64,000 bases of DNA. Source: Thermoplasmata archaeon (GTDB lineage: Archaea; Thermoplasmatota; Thermoplasmata; Thermoplasmatales; GCA-001856825). This document shows positions 1-8,772 of this stretch, piece by piece. Both the position numbers and the translations under genes were made by a program. Position 1 is the first letter of the stretch, and every line of letters begins with the position of its first letter. The notes under the pieces were generated by a model. That model did not search any database. It had not been told where the DNA came from and was given only the letters and a program-made list of their open reading frames with translations. The stretch spans positions 256,001 through 320,000 of the forward strand of contig JAJYUZ010000001.1 in NCBI GenBank assembly GCA_021792255.1, given 5' to 3'.

Positions 1-2
1 TT

Positions 3-581
3 AAATCTTCAGTCCAGAAGAGGGAAGAAAAGAAAAGATTTCAGAGCCCTAAACCAGAGATAATTACTGAGGGTAAGCTCACGATCATAAAGAATTTCAA
101 GGACATAGTAGACGTAATCAATAGGGACGAATCTCACGTATTCAAGTATCTAATCAAGCAATTTGGATTATCGGGTGATGTCGCCGATGGACGACTAATT
201 TTCAAGGGCAAGCCACCTGAGGGGAGCATAGAGAAGGCGATCCAAGAGTACCTCAGGATCTACGTTCAGTGTTATGAGTGTGGGAACTATGACACCGAAA
301 TGATTAGAGAGAATAGAAATGAAGTTATAAGGTGCAAAGCCTGCGGAGCTGAAAGACCTCTTTATGCTCACAAAGAAATAAGGTATTCTGAAGAAAAAAT
401 AGAGGAAGGCAAGACGTACGAGCTTGAGGTCACTGATTTGAACAGGGATGGCGATGGAATTTCAAAAAAAGGAGATATCACCGTAATTATCCCAGGTGCC
501 AAGAAGGGGCAAAAAGCAAATATCAGAATAGATAGAATTCGTAAGAATTACGCTCTTGGCATCTTGGTGAAAAAGAGTTGA
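3..581 (+). CDS. eif2b: translation initiation factor 2 subunit beta with C-terminal TRAM domain (5' end outside window)
   Basis: Frame is open from base 3 (KRFQSPKPEIITEGKLTIIKNFKDIVDVINRD...). Zn ribbon CYECG...CKACG is followed by a TRAM domain (GKTYELEVTDLNRDGDGI). The ORF track shows only the 3' part. Confidence 0.9.
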   Translation, partial: KSSVQKREEKKRFQSPKPEIITEGKLTIIKNFKDIVDVINRDESHVFKYLIKQFGLSGDVADGRLIFKGKPPEGSIEKAIQEYLRIYVQCYECGNYDTEMIRENRNEVIRCKACGAERPLYAHKEIRYSEEKIEEGKTYELEVTDLNRDGDGISKKGDITVIIPGAKKGQKANIRIDRIRKNYALGILVKKS

Positions 582-910
582 TTATCCTAGATACAAACGT
601 CCTAATTTACGCAATCAAAACGAAAATAGATCTGACCAAATTTATTGACGAGGAAATCGCAGTACCAACGTCCGCGATCAAAGAACTCGAGAAGTTATCC
701 AAGAAAAATGCAGATGCAAAGTTGGCTTTGAAACTTGCCGAAAAATATAGGACAATCAAGGTCGAGTCTATAGGTGATGATGGAATAATAGAAGCTGCCG
801 TAAAGTACGGTGGAAATGTCCTAACCAACGACAGGATACTCCAGAAGAGTCTGAAGGGAAAGAATATTAGAGTCACTGCAGTGACAAAGGGAATGGTCAG
901 AAAATTATGA
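578..910 (+). CDS. PIN-domain ribonuclease (Fcf1/VapC9-like)
   Basis: IILDTN, KELEKL, GDDGII and VLTNDRIL PIN motifs; start overlaps the eif2b stop. Confidence 0.8.
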   Translation: MIILDTNVLIYAIKTKIDLTKFIDEEIAVPTSAIKELEKLSKKNADAKLALKLAEKYRTIKVESIGDDGIIEAAVKYGGNVLTNDRILQKSLKGKNIRVTAVTKGMVRKL

Positions 911-1563
911 AGCCCGTGCTTCTAGACTTCCTCAAGAGCATAGCGCTCAATCATAAGGGGGGTAAGATGATTCTAAACACCTCGGAACTAGCCAAGGATC
1001 TCAATATTTCACAGCAATCCGTCTCGAGATATCTGATTTTGCTGGAGAAGGATGGTTACCTAGTAAGAAGAAGAATTGGAACTGGCGAAGAAGTCACAAT
1101 GACCCAAAAGACATACGATGAACTTAAGGGTCAGATGAACACGATCCAATATATTCTTGGCTCATCGAAGGACGTATTCGTCGAGGGAACGCTTTTCACA
1201 GGATTGGGAGAAGGTTCTTACTATATTTCGCGCGATGGCTATGTAAACAAGATAAAAGAATTCCTCAAATTCGTGCCATTTCCTGGCACCATGAATTTGA
1301 GGCTCACAGACGACTATTCTAGCTTCAATTCGATCATCAACAAGATTTCTGGATTTGACGTCGAACCGTTTGAGCAGGATGGAAGAAAATTCGGCGCGAT
1401 ACGACTCCTTAAAGCCACGATGTTTGGGAACAAAGTGGGTATCGTACTTCCCGAGAGGACGCACTATGAAAGGGTCCTTGAAATTATTTCACCCGACAAT
1501 CTGAGAGACAAGTTTGGACTTAAGGACGGAGACAAAGTTAGCCTGACCATCCATAAAGAGTGA
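907..1563 (+). CDS. ribK: CTP-dependent riboflavin kinase with N-terminal winged HTH (RbkR/RibK)
   Basis: N-terminal HTH (ELAKDLNISQQSVSRYL), then TGLGEGSYY, PFPGTMNL, PERTHY, LEIISP..LR kinase motifs. Confidence 0.9.
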   Translation: MKPVLLDFLKSIALNHKGGKMILNTSELAKDLNISQQSVSRYLILLEKDGYLVRRRIGTGEEVTMTQKTYDELKGQMNTIQYILGSSKDVFVEGTLFTGLGEGSYYISRDGYVNKIKEFLKFVPFPGTMNLRLTDDYSSFNSIINKISGFDVEPFEQDGRKFGAIRLLKATMFGNKVGIVLPERTHYERVLEIISPDNLRDKFGLKDGDKVSLTIHKE

Positions 1564-1578
1564 CGGAATAATACAGAC

Positions 1579-2049
1579 CTACAGAATGCTGTCGCTTATT
1601 TCGTCCGTTTCCATCTCTCTCTCGCAGTAGTGGCATTTAAATGATAATGGATTCTTGGAAATGAGCGTGAAGGAAGGTTTTACGCTCCCCTCCATGTTGG
1701 AGATGCATCTGCCGTTACTGCACTTGAGTATTCCCGTAATAATGTCGGGAAGTTTGACCGTAAATTTCTTGATTGCTTCGTAGTCCTCTACGATCGTTAT
1801 CGTAGCCCCTTCTGCGATTAGTGCTATTTTGTTTAATTCTGAAGAGTCCAGGATCCTTTCCTCGATCTTGATCACGTCCTTGAGTCCCATTTTTTTGCTC
1901 TTTACGTGAATGGCTATACTTACTGTGATCCCGGGATCGCTGGAAATCTTTAGTATCTTCAGAACCTGGAAAGCTCTTCCCACCGGAATGTGATCTATGA
2001 CCGTCCCTCTCCTTATCTTTTCTACCTTCAACATTTTTTCTTCTGTCAT
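1579..2049 (-). CDS. pyrI: aspartate carbamoyltransferase regulatory chain
   Basis: GTVIDHI, KDVIKIE, C-x-N-x-x-C and CHYCE zinc ligands. Confidence 0.95.
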   Translation of the reverse strand: MTEEKMLKVEKIRRGTVIDHIPVGRAFQVLKILKISSDPGITVSIAIHVKSKKMGLKDVIKIEERILDSSELNKIALIAEGATITIVEDYEAIKKFTVKLPDIITGILKCSNGRCISNMEGSVKPSFTLISKNPLSFKCHYCEREMETDEISDSIL

Positions 2050-2973
2050 CTAATCACCCCTTAATATCAGGTCCAGAATAGCCATTCTTACAGGTACTCC
2101 GTAGGATGCTTGCTTGAAGTATTTGGCCTGTGGAAGGTTGTCGACTTCTGACGGAATCTCGTCGACCCTTGGCAGGGGATGCATAACGATCAGATTCTTC
2201 CTTCCCCTCGATAGGAGAGAAGGCCTTATGACATAGATTCCGGCAACTTTCTTGTATTCTTCCAGATCCGGGAATCTCTCCTTTTGGATTCTCGTAACGT
2301 AAAGAACGTCTATGTCTTCAATCACCTCATCTAGGTTCTTTGTTTCCTTGACTGGTACCCTCTTCTCAATATCCTTCTTGATGTGTTTAGGAATTTTCAG
2401 TTCTTCCGGGGAGATAAAGTAGAGAGAGATATCGAACAAGGAGAGGGCTTTGCTGAGAGAGTGAACAGTTCTTCCATATTTTAAGTCGCCAACAAAACCA
2501 ATACCCTTGCCGCTTACGGGTCCCGATTCTTTCCATATTGTAAAAATATCCAAGATAGTCTGTGTTGGATGCTGCCCAGCACCATCTCCGGCATTTATCA
2601 CCGGCACGTCCGCAAACTCTGAGGCCAATCTTGCAGCCCCCTCAGAAGGGTGGCGAAGGACTATTGCATCTGAATAACCATTGACTATCCTGATTGTGTC
2701 CGAGAGCGTTTCACCCTTAGAGACAGAAGTACCCTCAAGAGCGCCAAATCCTAGAACTCTTGCCCCGAGTCTCATCGCAGCTGCTTCGAAGCTCAGTCTA
2801 GTCCTGGTACTCGGTTCGTAGAATAGGGTGGCAACGATTTTGTCCGAAAGCGGTTTCTCGGGATGGCCTGAGCTTGAGTATGGCAACATCTTATTCGCTC
2901 TGTCAATGACCTCCATAATCTCTTCAACATTTAGATCGCTAATAGAAACGATGTCTCGGTTAAGCCACATCAA
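2050..2973 (-). CDS. pyrB: aspartate carbamoyltransferase catalytic chain
   Basis: FYEPSTRTRLSF, HPTQ, GDLKYGRTVHSL, HPLPR motifs. Confidence 0.97.
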   Translation of the reverse strand: MMWLNRDIVSISDLNVEEIMEVIDRANKMLPYSSSGHPEKPLSDKIVATLFYEPSTRTRLSFEAAAMRLGARVLGFGALEGTSVSKGETLSDTIRIVNGYSDAIVLRHPSEGAARLASEFADVPVINAGDGAGQHPTQTILDIFTIWKESGPVSGKGIGFVGDLKYGRTVHSLSKALSLFDISLYFISPEELKIPKHIKKDIEKRVPVKETKNLDEVIEDIDVLYVTRIQKERFPDLEEYKKVAGIYVIRPSLLSRGRKNLIVMHPLPRVDEIPSEVDNLPQAKYFKQASYGVPVRMAILDLILRGD

Positions 2974-3023
2974 TTATTGAACAACGCGCGTAATAAATAT
3001 TTATCCTTGATGCATTCAGGCCC

Positions 3024-3827
3024 ATGCGACAAATTATACTTCATGGAGGAGTCGGAAGTAGTAGCGATCTAAGTGCGCTTCTCGATAAATACGCATCATA
3101 TTCTATCAACTATGAGGATCCATTGGACGCGGTCGTGGCGGCAGTAAAGTACATGGAAGACGACCTAAATTTTAATGCAGGAACGGGATCAACAATGAGG
3201 TTGGACGGGAGTATTCAGATGGATGCTGCGGTCATGATCGATGGCAATTTCGGGTCCGTCATAAACATTGAATACGTTAAGAATCCGGTGCAGGTTGCAA
3301 GAGAGGTCATGGAGGGTACACCTCACGTTATTCTTTGTAGCGATGGAGCTACCAAATTTGCAAGAGAGAAAGGTCACCCACAATATGATCCTTCGACGGA
3401 TAAAGCTAAGAAAAGGTTGGAAGACGCAAGAAAGGTTGCGACTAAGGATCCCAGATTTTTCTATTCGAGTCCACTGTCTGTAGACACGGTGGGAGCAGTA
3501 GCAAACTTTGAAGGAAAGATAGCGGCAGCACTATCTACCGGAGGATCTAGTCCGATGATGAGAGGGAGGGTTGGCGACACACCAATTCCGGGTTCGGGCA
3601 TATTCGTGAAGGATGGATTTGGAATCGTCGCGACGGGAATCGGAGAGGAAATAATCAGGAGACAACTTTCATTTGCTCTATACTGTAAGAAAGAGAGGTT
3701 GGAAGACGAATGGAAGATCGTCGCTGCAAATTCTGAATTCTCATTAGGAGTTGTGGGGTTCAATGGTCAAAAACCATTCGTCCTTGCAAATAGATCAATG
3801 GCCCACGGCTTTGCGACGGTGGAGTAG
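3024..3827 (+). CDS. isoaspartyl peptidase / plant-type L-asparaginase (Ntn hydrolase)
   Basis: LHGG, FNAGTGS, MDAAVM, DTVGAV nucleophile Thr, STGG, GRVGDTP. Confidence 0.88.
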   Translation: MRQIILHGGVGSSSDLSALLDKYASYSINYEDPLDAVVAAVKYMEDDLNFNAGTGSTMRLDGSIQMDAAVMIDGNFGSVINIEYVKNPVQVAREVMEGTPHVILCSDGATKFAREKGHPQYDPSTDKAKKRLEDARKVATKDPRFFYSSPLSVDTVGAVANFEGKIAAALSTGGSSPMMRGRVGDTPIPGSGIFVKDGFGIVATGIGEEIIRRQLSFALYCKKERLEDEWKIVAANSEFSLGVVGFNGQKPFVLANRSMAHGFATVE

Positions 3828-4173
3828 CGCTACGGGAGAGAGTCGGTGATTACCGAAGCCATTTGTCGTCAAGTTACCAGGATTAGACCATAACAAGTGT
3901 GGCCTCTGTCCATTCTAGATCTGGAAATTACCTCTCGCCCCAGACTTGTCTTCTCCAATTTGGAGAAGTAAATTCTTTTTTAATCCCATAGATTGCTTCG
4001 GCAATTTGAACTATATCTTTGCACAAGAAAGAACTCATCAGGGCAACTTCCGATGACAGCCGACATGCATCAAGGAGTAAAAATCACTACCACACAACAG
4101 GGGAATGCGGCAAAATCGTCTGGGAAGTGGGAATATCTAAATATCGAAATAATTTGTCAAATTGGTAGTTAGC

Positions 4174-5166
4174 ATGCCAGATGATGAAACTTATCAAGAT
4201 ACGGATGCTGAGTTAATAGAAGTTCTAAAGGGCTTGAAGACGAGCATTAAGATTTTTGGCTGCGGCGGATCAGGATCAAATACAATTACCCGAATTATGG
4301 AAGAAGGTATACAGGGGGCAGATGTAATTGCGGCAAACACTGATGCCCAGCATCTTCTCTTGACCCAAGCCTCAAGGAAGATTCTGCTTGGGAGGAGGAC
4401 TACCAGAGGGTTAGGTGCAGGTGCCCTTCCACAGATAGGAGAAATGTCAGCAAGAGAGGCTGAAATAGACATCAACGAGGTCGTAGAGGGTTCGGACATA
4501 GTTTTTGTGACTGCTGGAATGGGAGGAGGGACAGGAACTGGATCAGCTCCCGTCGTTGCTGAATTGGCCAAGAACGCTGGTGCACTCGTTGTTTCGGTTG
4601 TGACCACGCCTTTCAAATCGGAAGGTGCGATGAGAAAGGAGAATGCGCTGTGGGGTCTGGAGAAACTGAAAGAGAAATCAGACACGATAGTGATCATTCC
4701 AAACGACAAACTCCTGGAAATAGTTCCTAGATTGCCTCTAAACGAAGCGTTCAGATTCGCAGACGAAATTTTGATGAAATCCATAAAGGGACTGACTGAA
4801 CTCGTCACGAAACCCGGACTCGTAAATCTGGATTTTAACGACTTGAAGACCGTCATGAAAGATGGCGGAACAGCAATGATAGGAATGGGACAGTCGGGTT
4901 CTCAGGATAGGGCACTTGAGGCGGCCAAGAAAGCGCTGACTTCTCCGCTCCTAGACCTAGAAGTCTCCACTGCTACTTCTGCCATAGTTTCGGTCACTGG
5001 AAGTTCAAATATGTCGGTAGAGGAAGCTCACACAATCCTGGATGAGATCAAGAAGAAGATAAACCCGAATGCGAGGATAATATGGGGAGCCAGAATAGAC
5101 GAGACTATGAAAAATGATATAAAGGTATTAGCCATACTGGTGGGAGCCAAAAACAAGTACGTTTAG
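4174..5166 (+). CDS. ftsZ: cell division protein FtsZ
   Basis: GCGGSGSN, GMGGGTGTG tubulin signature, NLDFND T7 loop; ATG at 4174 preferred over TTG at 4162. Confidence 0.96.
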   Translation: MPDDETYQDTDAELIEVLKGLKTSIKIFGCGGSGSNTITRIMEEGIQGADVIAANTDAQHLLLTQASRKILLGRRTTRGLGAGALPQIGEMSAREAEIDINEVVEGSDIVFVTAGMGGGTGTGSAPVVAELAKNAGALVVSVVTTPFKSEGAMRKENALWGLEKLKEKSDTIVIIPNDKLLEIVPRLPLNEAFRFADEILMKSIKGLTELVTKPGLVNLDFNDLKTVMKDGGTAMIGMGQSGSQDRALEAAKKALTSPLLDLEVSTATSAIVSVTGSSNMSVEEAHTILDEIKKKINPNARIIWGARIDETMKNDIKVLAILVGAKNKYV

Positions 5167-5178
5167 AGGTAGCCCCAT

Positions 5179-5403
5179 ATGGTTGACATGGATGATAGGA
5201 TTGAAGGCATAGAGGACTCTATTACTGATCGAGTCAAGAGAATCGGGAGAGGAAAGTATTCAAGAATACTTAAAATGGCCAAGAAACCTACGAGAGATGA
5301 GTTCGGAAGGTCGTCACTGATTACCGGTGTCGGAATCATCATTATAGGTGGAGCTGGCTTCATAATATATCTTCTGATGAACGTTATATTCAAGGTGCCG
5401 TGA
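5179..5403 (+). CDS. secE: protein translocase SecE / Sec61 gamma
   Basis: YSRILKMAKKPTRDEF followed by a single C-terminal TM helix; conserved position between ftsZ and spt5. Confidence 0.92.
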   Translation: MVDMDDRIEGIEDSITDRVKRIGRGKYSRILKMAKKPTRDEFGRSSLITGVGIIIIGGAGFIIYLLMNVIFKVP

Positions 5404-5404
5404 A

Positions 5405-6220
5405 ATGGTAAAATGGACTATTGACGGCAAAGATTCTGAAGTGGGAACAAACAAGAAGGTCCTCTTCAATCTTGTCATTGAAAATGACGAATCAAGCGAA
5501 AAAGAGGGAGTCTTTGAACTGACTCTGGATATTCACGAGCAAAAGGAAGAAATTGAGTGGTTTCTGATCGAGGAGCAAAAGAGAGGTAAACAGATCGCAA
5601 TATCTCCCAAGAACCAGGATGTGTTGAAGGTACAATACAAGCTTAAACCCAAGGCATCCACAATTCATCCGCTATCGGTGGAAACCCCGAAGGGTGGAGA
5701 GATAGGAGATTATGTCACAGTAGTTCTGAAATCGGATGGAGTTCCCAGCAATTTATTTTCAATCAAGGTAAAACAGACTATCATAGTAGTCAAGACCACC
5801 ATCGGTCAAGAGGTAAAGATTGCACGGGACATAGGAATGAAAGCGAAGATCGAAAACCAGGACTATCTATTTTCTATTCTAGTTCCTCCGGAGGTCAAGG
5901 GATACATTTTCATAGAGACTCTGTACCCTGACAGGACGATGGGCCTGCTCAGAACAGTAAGAGGTGCAAGGAACATGATAGCAGGTGAAGTTCAGCTTTC
6001 AGAAATACAGGATTATTTGGTCTCAAAACCAGCAGTCGATTCACTGGGAGTTGGGAATTTTGTGGAAGTCACTGAAGGTCCATTCAAGGGTGAAAAGGCC
6101 AGGATTACCCACGTTGATGCTCAAAAAGACGAGATCACGCTCGAACTACAGAACGCGATCGTACCCATACCGCTGACCGTCAAGGCGGATTCAGTCAAAT
6201 TATTGGAAAAAGAGGTCTAA
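5405..6220 (+). CDS. spt5: transcription elongation factor Spt5/NusG with ~120-aa N-terminal extension
   Basis: NGN domain (VKTTIGQE...KGYIFIE) and KOW motif (VEVTEGPFKGEKARI). Confidence 0.92.
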   Translation: MVKWTIDGKDSEVGTNKKVLFNLVIENDESSEKEGVFELTLDIHEQKEEIEWFLIEEQKRGKQIAISPKNQDVLKVQYKLKPKASTIHPLSVETPKGGEIGDYVTVVLKSDGVPSNLFSIKVKQTIIVVKTTIGQEVKIARDIGMKAKIENQDYLFSILVPPEVKGYIFIETLYPDRTMGLLRTVRGARNMIAGEVQLSEIQDYLVSKPAVDSLGVGNFVEVTEGPFKGEKARITHVDAQKDEITLELQNAIVPIPLTVKADSVKLLEKEV

Positions 6221-6223
6221 AAT

Positions 6224-6691
6224 ATGCCGCAGGAAATATCAATTATGGTTGAAGGAGGAAAGGCAACAGCTGGACCTCCTCTTGGACCAGCCCTTGGACC
6301 GATGGGAATAAACATCGGCCTCGTGCTGAAGGAAATAAACGACAAGACGAAATTGTTCTCTGGAATGCAGGTTCCCGTCAAGGTCACCGTTGATTCAGAG
6401 ACGAAAAAATTCGAAATTTCGGTGGGCAAGCCACCCGTTTCCGCTCTACTCAAGAAGGAACTCGGAATAGAGACGGCCACCGGAGCTTCCAAAACGAAGC
6501 TGTCCGGAGACCTGAAGTTGAGTCAGATAAAGAAAGTGGCGGAGATGAAAATTGACAACATGAACGCCGCTTCGATCAAATCGGCTATAATGGAAGTACT
6601 TGGCACTTGCGTGTCAATGGGAATAACCGTGGATGGTAAGGACCCCAGGGAAACACAAAAACTTATTAAAGATGGGTCCATCGCTGTCTAG
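6224..6691 (+). CDS. rpl11: 50S ribosomal protein L11
   Basis: GGKATAGPPLGPALGP, GTCVSMG. Confidence 0.97.
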   Translation: MPQEISIMVEGGKATAGPPLGPALGPMGINIGLVLKEINDKTKLFSGMQVPVKVTVDSETKKFEISVGKPPVSALLKKELGIETATGASKTKLSGDLKLSQIKKVAEMKIDNMNAASIKSAIMEVLGTCVSMGITVDGKDPRETQKLIKDGSIAV

Positions 6692-6725
6692 AGTAGAAGA
6701 GCAAACTTGCTCGCATCACTACTCT
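6690..6725 (+). promoter_or_regulatory. probable L1-binding translational operator hairpin upstream of rpl1
   Basis: AGAGUAG-AA-GAGC-(AAACUU)-GCUC-GCAUCA-CUACUCU: two helices around a 2+6 asymmetric internal loop, directly before the GGUGA SD of rpl1. Confidence 0.6.
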
Positions 6726-6735
6726 GGTGAATCCA

Positions 6736-7380
6736 ATGGATAGCGAAACTTTGAAGAAGAGCTTGGAAGAGGCAATAAGCAAGTCTCCCAAGAGAAATTT
6801 TGGTGAGTCTGTCGACCTTGCGGTTAACCTCAAGGACGTCGATTTATCAAACCCGAAAAACAGAATAAACGAAGAAATTATACTGCCGAATGGAAGAGGA
6901 AAGAAAGTCAAGATCGGCCTCATATCTGGTAACGAAATGGCTTCTAAGGCCAAAGGTGCGGCTGACAAGTTCATTTCTGCGGAAGAACTTGACAAGATGT
7001 CGGATGACAAAAGGGCAACGAAGAAAATGGTCAACGACGTTGACTTCTTCATCGCCGAAGTAGCCCTTATGCCAAGAGTCGGTAAGATACTCGGTGGAAT
7101 CATGGGACCAAGAGGGAAAATGCCAAGGCCTCTTCCGTCCAACGTTGATCCCGTTCCAGTAATCAACAATTTAAGAAAGACTGTAAAGGCAAGGAGCAAG
7201 GAAAAACCAGTAGTTCACATTGCAATAGGTACCAAGGATATGGAAATAGAAAAGATAACTCAGAATGGACTCGAAGTACTCAAAAGAATCGAATCCAAAC
7301 TCGAGAAGGGAGAGGACAGTATCAGGACAGTCTACGTCAAGACATCGATGGGGCCAGCAGTAAAGGTAGAGGTGAAGTAG
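6736..7380 (+). CDS. rpl1: 50S ribosomal protein L1
   Basis: KRNFGESVDLAVNL, GPRGKMP, YVKTSMGP; ATG 6736 follows SD GGTGA at 6726-6730. Confidence 0.97.
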   Translation: MDSETLKKSLEEAISKSPKRNFGESVDLAVNLKDVDLSNPKNRINEEIILPNGRGKKVKIGLISGNEMASKAKGAADKFISAEELDKMSDDKRATKKMVNDVDFFIAEVALMPRVGKILGGIMGPRGKMPRPLPSNVDPVPVINNLRKTVKARSKEKPVVHIAIGTKDMEIEKITQNGLEVLKRIESKLEKGEDSIRTVYVKTSMGPAVKVEVK

Positions 7381-8235
7381 ATGAAGGAAAACAGGTTTTC
7401 CGAACCAAAGGACGTGGCAATAAAGTCGCTCTCCGAGGACATCAAGAATTCAAAATCAATCGCCCTCGTCGGTATAGATAGGGTTCCGGGAAAACAGTTC
7501 CAGGAGATAAGAAAGTCCCTGAGGGGGAAGGCAAAGATAAAGGTAGTAAAGAAGACGCTCCTCAAGAGGGCATTTGATGGAATGAACAATGAAACGATCA
7601 GAGGTATGGAGAATTACATGGATGGCCCTGTGGCTGCGATATTCTCGAAGGAGAATCCTTTCCGACTCTTCAAGGAGATAGAAGCGAGCAGGACTAAAGC
7701 ACCAGCCAAGGGAGGAGAGATTGCACCAGAAGACATTATCCTTGAGGCTAAACCAACAAATCTGAAACCTGGACCGGTGGTCGGTGAGCTTCAAAAGGCT
7801 GGAATACCGGCATCAATTGACCAGGGAAGAGTAGTCATTCGAAAGGAGACCGTTCTCGTCAAAAAAGGGGACAAGATATCCAAGGAAAAGGCAATCGCCC
7901 TCTCGAAACTCGAGATTCTCCCACTGGAGATAGGTCTCGATTTCAGGGCAGCCTATGAGGATGGAATCGTCTTTGACAAGAGTATTTTGGGTTCCTCGAC
8001 ACAGAATTTCCTGAACAAGCTGTCTTCCGGACATTCGAGGGCTATAGCGCTTTCGATTCATTTAAACTACTACAACGGGGAAACCACTCCCATCTTCCTG
8101 TCGAATGCGTACAGACATGCGATCGCACTCAGCGTGGCAGCATCCTATCCAACTAAAGATAGCATCCGACTGCTATTAGCCAGAGGAAACTCTATTGCAG
8201 TCTCACTTGAAGGCAAAGTTTCGAAGGAGGCATAG
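7381..8235 (+). CDS. rpl10: 50S ribosomal protein L10 (aP0), without acidic C-terminal tail
   Basis: QFQEIRKSLRG, KKTLLKRA, NPFRLF, PAKGGEIAP, PGP insertion domain, three AIALS-type spine helices. Confidence 0.95.
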   Translation: MKENRFSEPKDVAIKSLSEDIKNSKSIALVGIDRVPGKQFQEIRKSLRGKAKIKVVKKTLLKRAFDGMNNETIRGMENYMDGPVAAIFSKENPFRLFKEIEASRTKAPAKGGEIAPEDIILEAKPTNLKPGPVVGELQKAGIPASIDQGRVVIRKETVLVKKGDKISKEKAIALSKLEILPLEIGLDFRAAYEDGIVFDKSILGSSTQNFLNKLSSGHSRAIALSIHLNYYNGETTPIFLSNAYRHAIALSVAASYPTKDSIRLLLARGNSIAVSLEGKVSKEA

Positions 8236-8288
8236 AAAATGTTTAAGACACTTAGTTTATTATGTGGGAGTAATTAGGGGTGAAAAGT

Positions 8289-8594
8289 ATGGAATACATA
8301 TACAGCGCACTGATATTGAACTCAGTTGGAAAACCCGTCACTGAAGATGGCATAACAGAGATACTTAAGGCGGCTGGAGTTACACCTGACCCAGCCAGAG
8401 TGAAGAGTCTCGTGTCTTCACTAGAAGGAGTAAACATAGAAGAAGCAATTAAGTCATCTATGGTAGCTGCTCAGCCGGCAGCACAAGCGGAACCTCAGAA
8501 GAAGGAAGAGAAGAAGGAAGAGAAAAAAGAGGAAAAGAAAGAAGATAAAAGCGAGGAAGAAGCTGTCGCTGGACTCGGTGCCCTGTTCGGGTAG
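8289..8594 (+). CDS. rpl12: 50S ribosomal protein L12 (aP1)
   Basis: [10 protein letters not shown] start after SD GGGGTGA; KEE-rich hinge; GLGALFG C-terminus. Confidence 0.97.
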   Translation: MEYIYSALILNSVGKPVTEDGITEILKAAGVTPDPARVKSLVSSLEGVNIEEAIKSSMVAAQPAAQAEPQKKEEKKEEKKEEKKEDKSEEEAVAGLGALFG

Positions 8595-8640
8595 ATTGAT
8601 CGATGAGTCCGCGATCAATAATTTTATTTCTTCTATTTTA
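8595..8640 (+). terminator. candidate terminator of the r-protein operon
   Basis: 8-bp stem ATTGATCG (8595-8602) / CGATCAAT (8612-8619) followed by a T-rich tract. Confidence 0.45.
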
Positions 8641-8772
8641 CATATTACCCCTAGGTATTTTTGGGTACGGACTATATTCCAAAATTCTAATGCTTGACCT
8701 TATTGGATTAGTCTGGTTGATATCTGCATTCTTTATCAACTCGATGAAAGAATAAATGGAACTTCCCTTAAT

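Noticed and set aside
3950-3968. 19-bp palindrome CTTCTCCAA-T-TTGGAGAAG in the gap before ftsZ
   Set aside because: Single occurrence about 200 bp from the start; could be a terminator or operator, but there is no supporting evidence
8498-8560. GAA/AAG tandem repeat
   Set aside because: Normal KEE-rich hinge of aP1/L12
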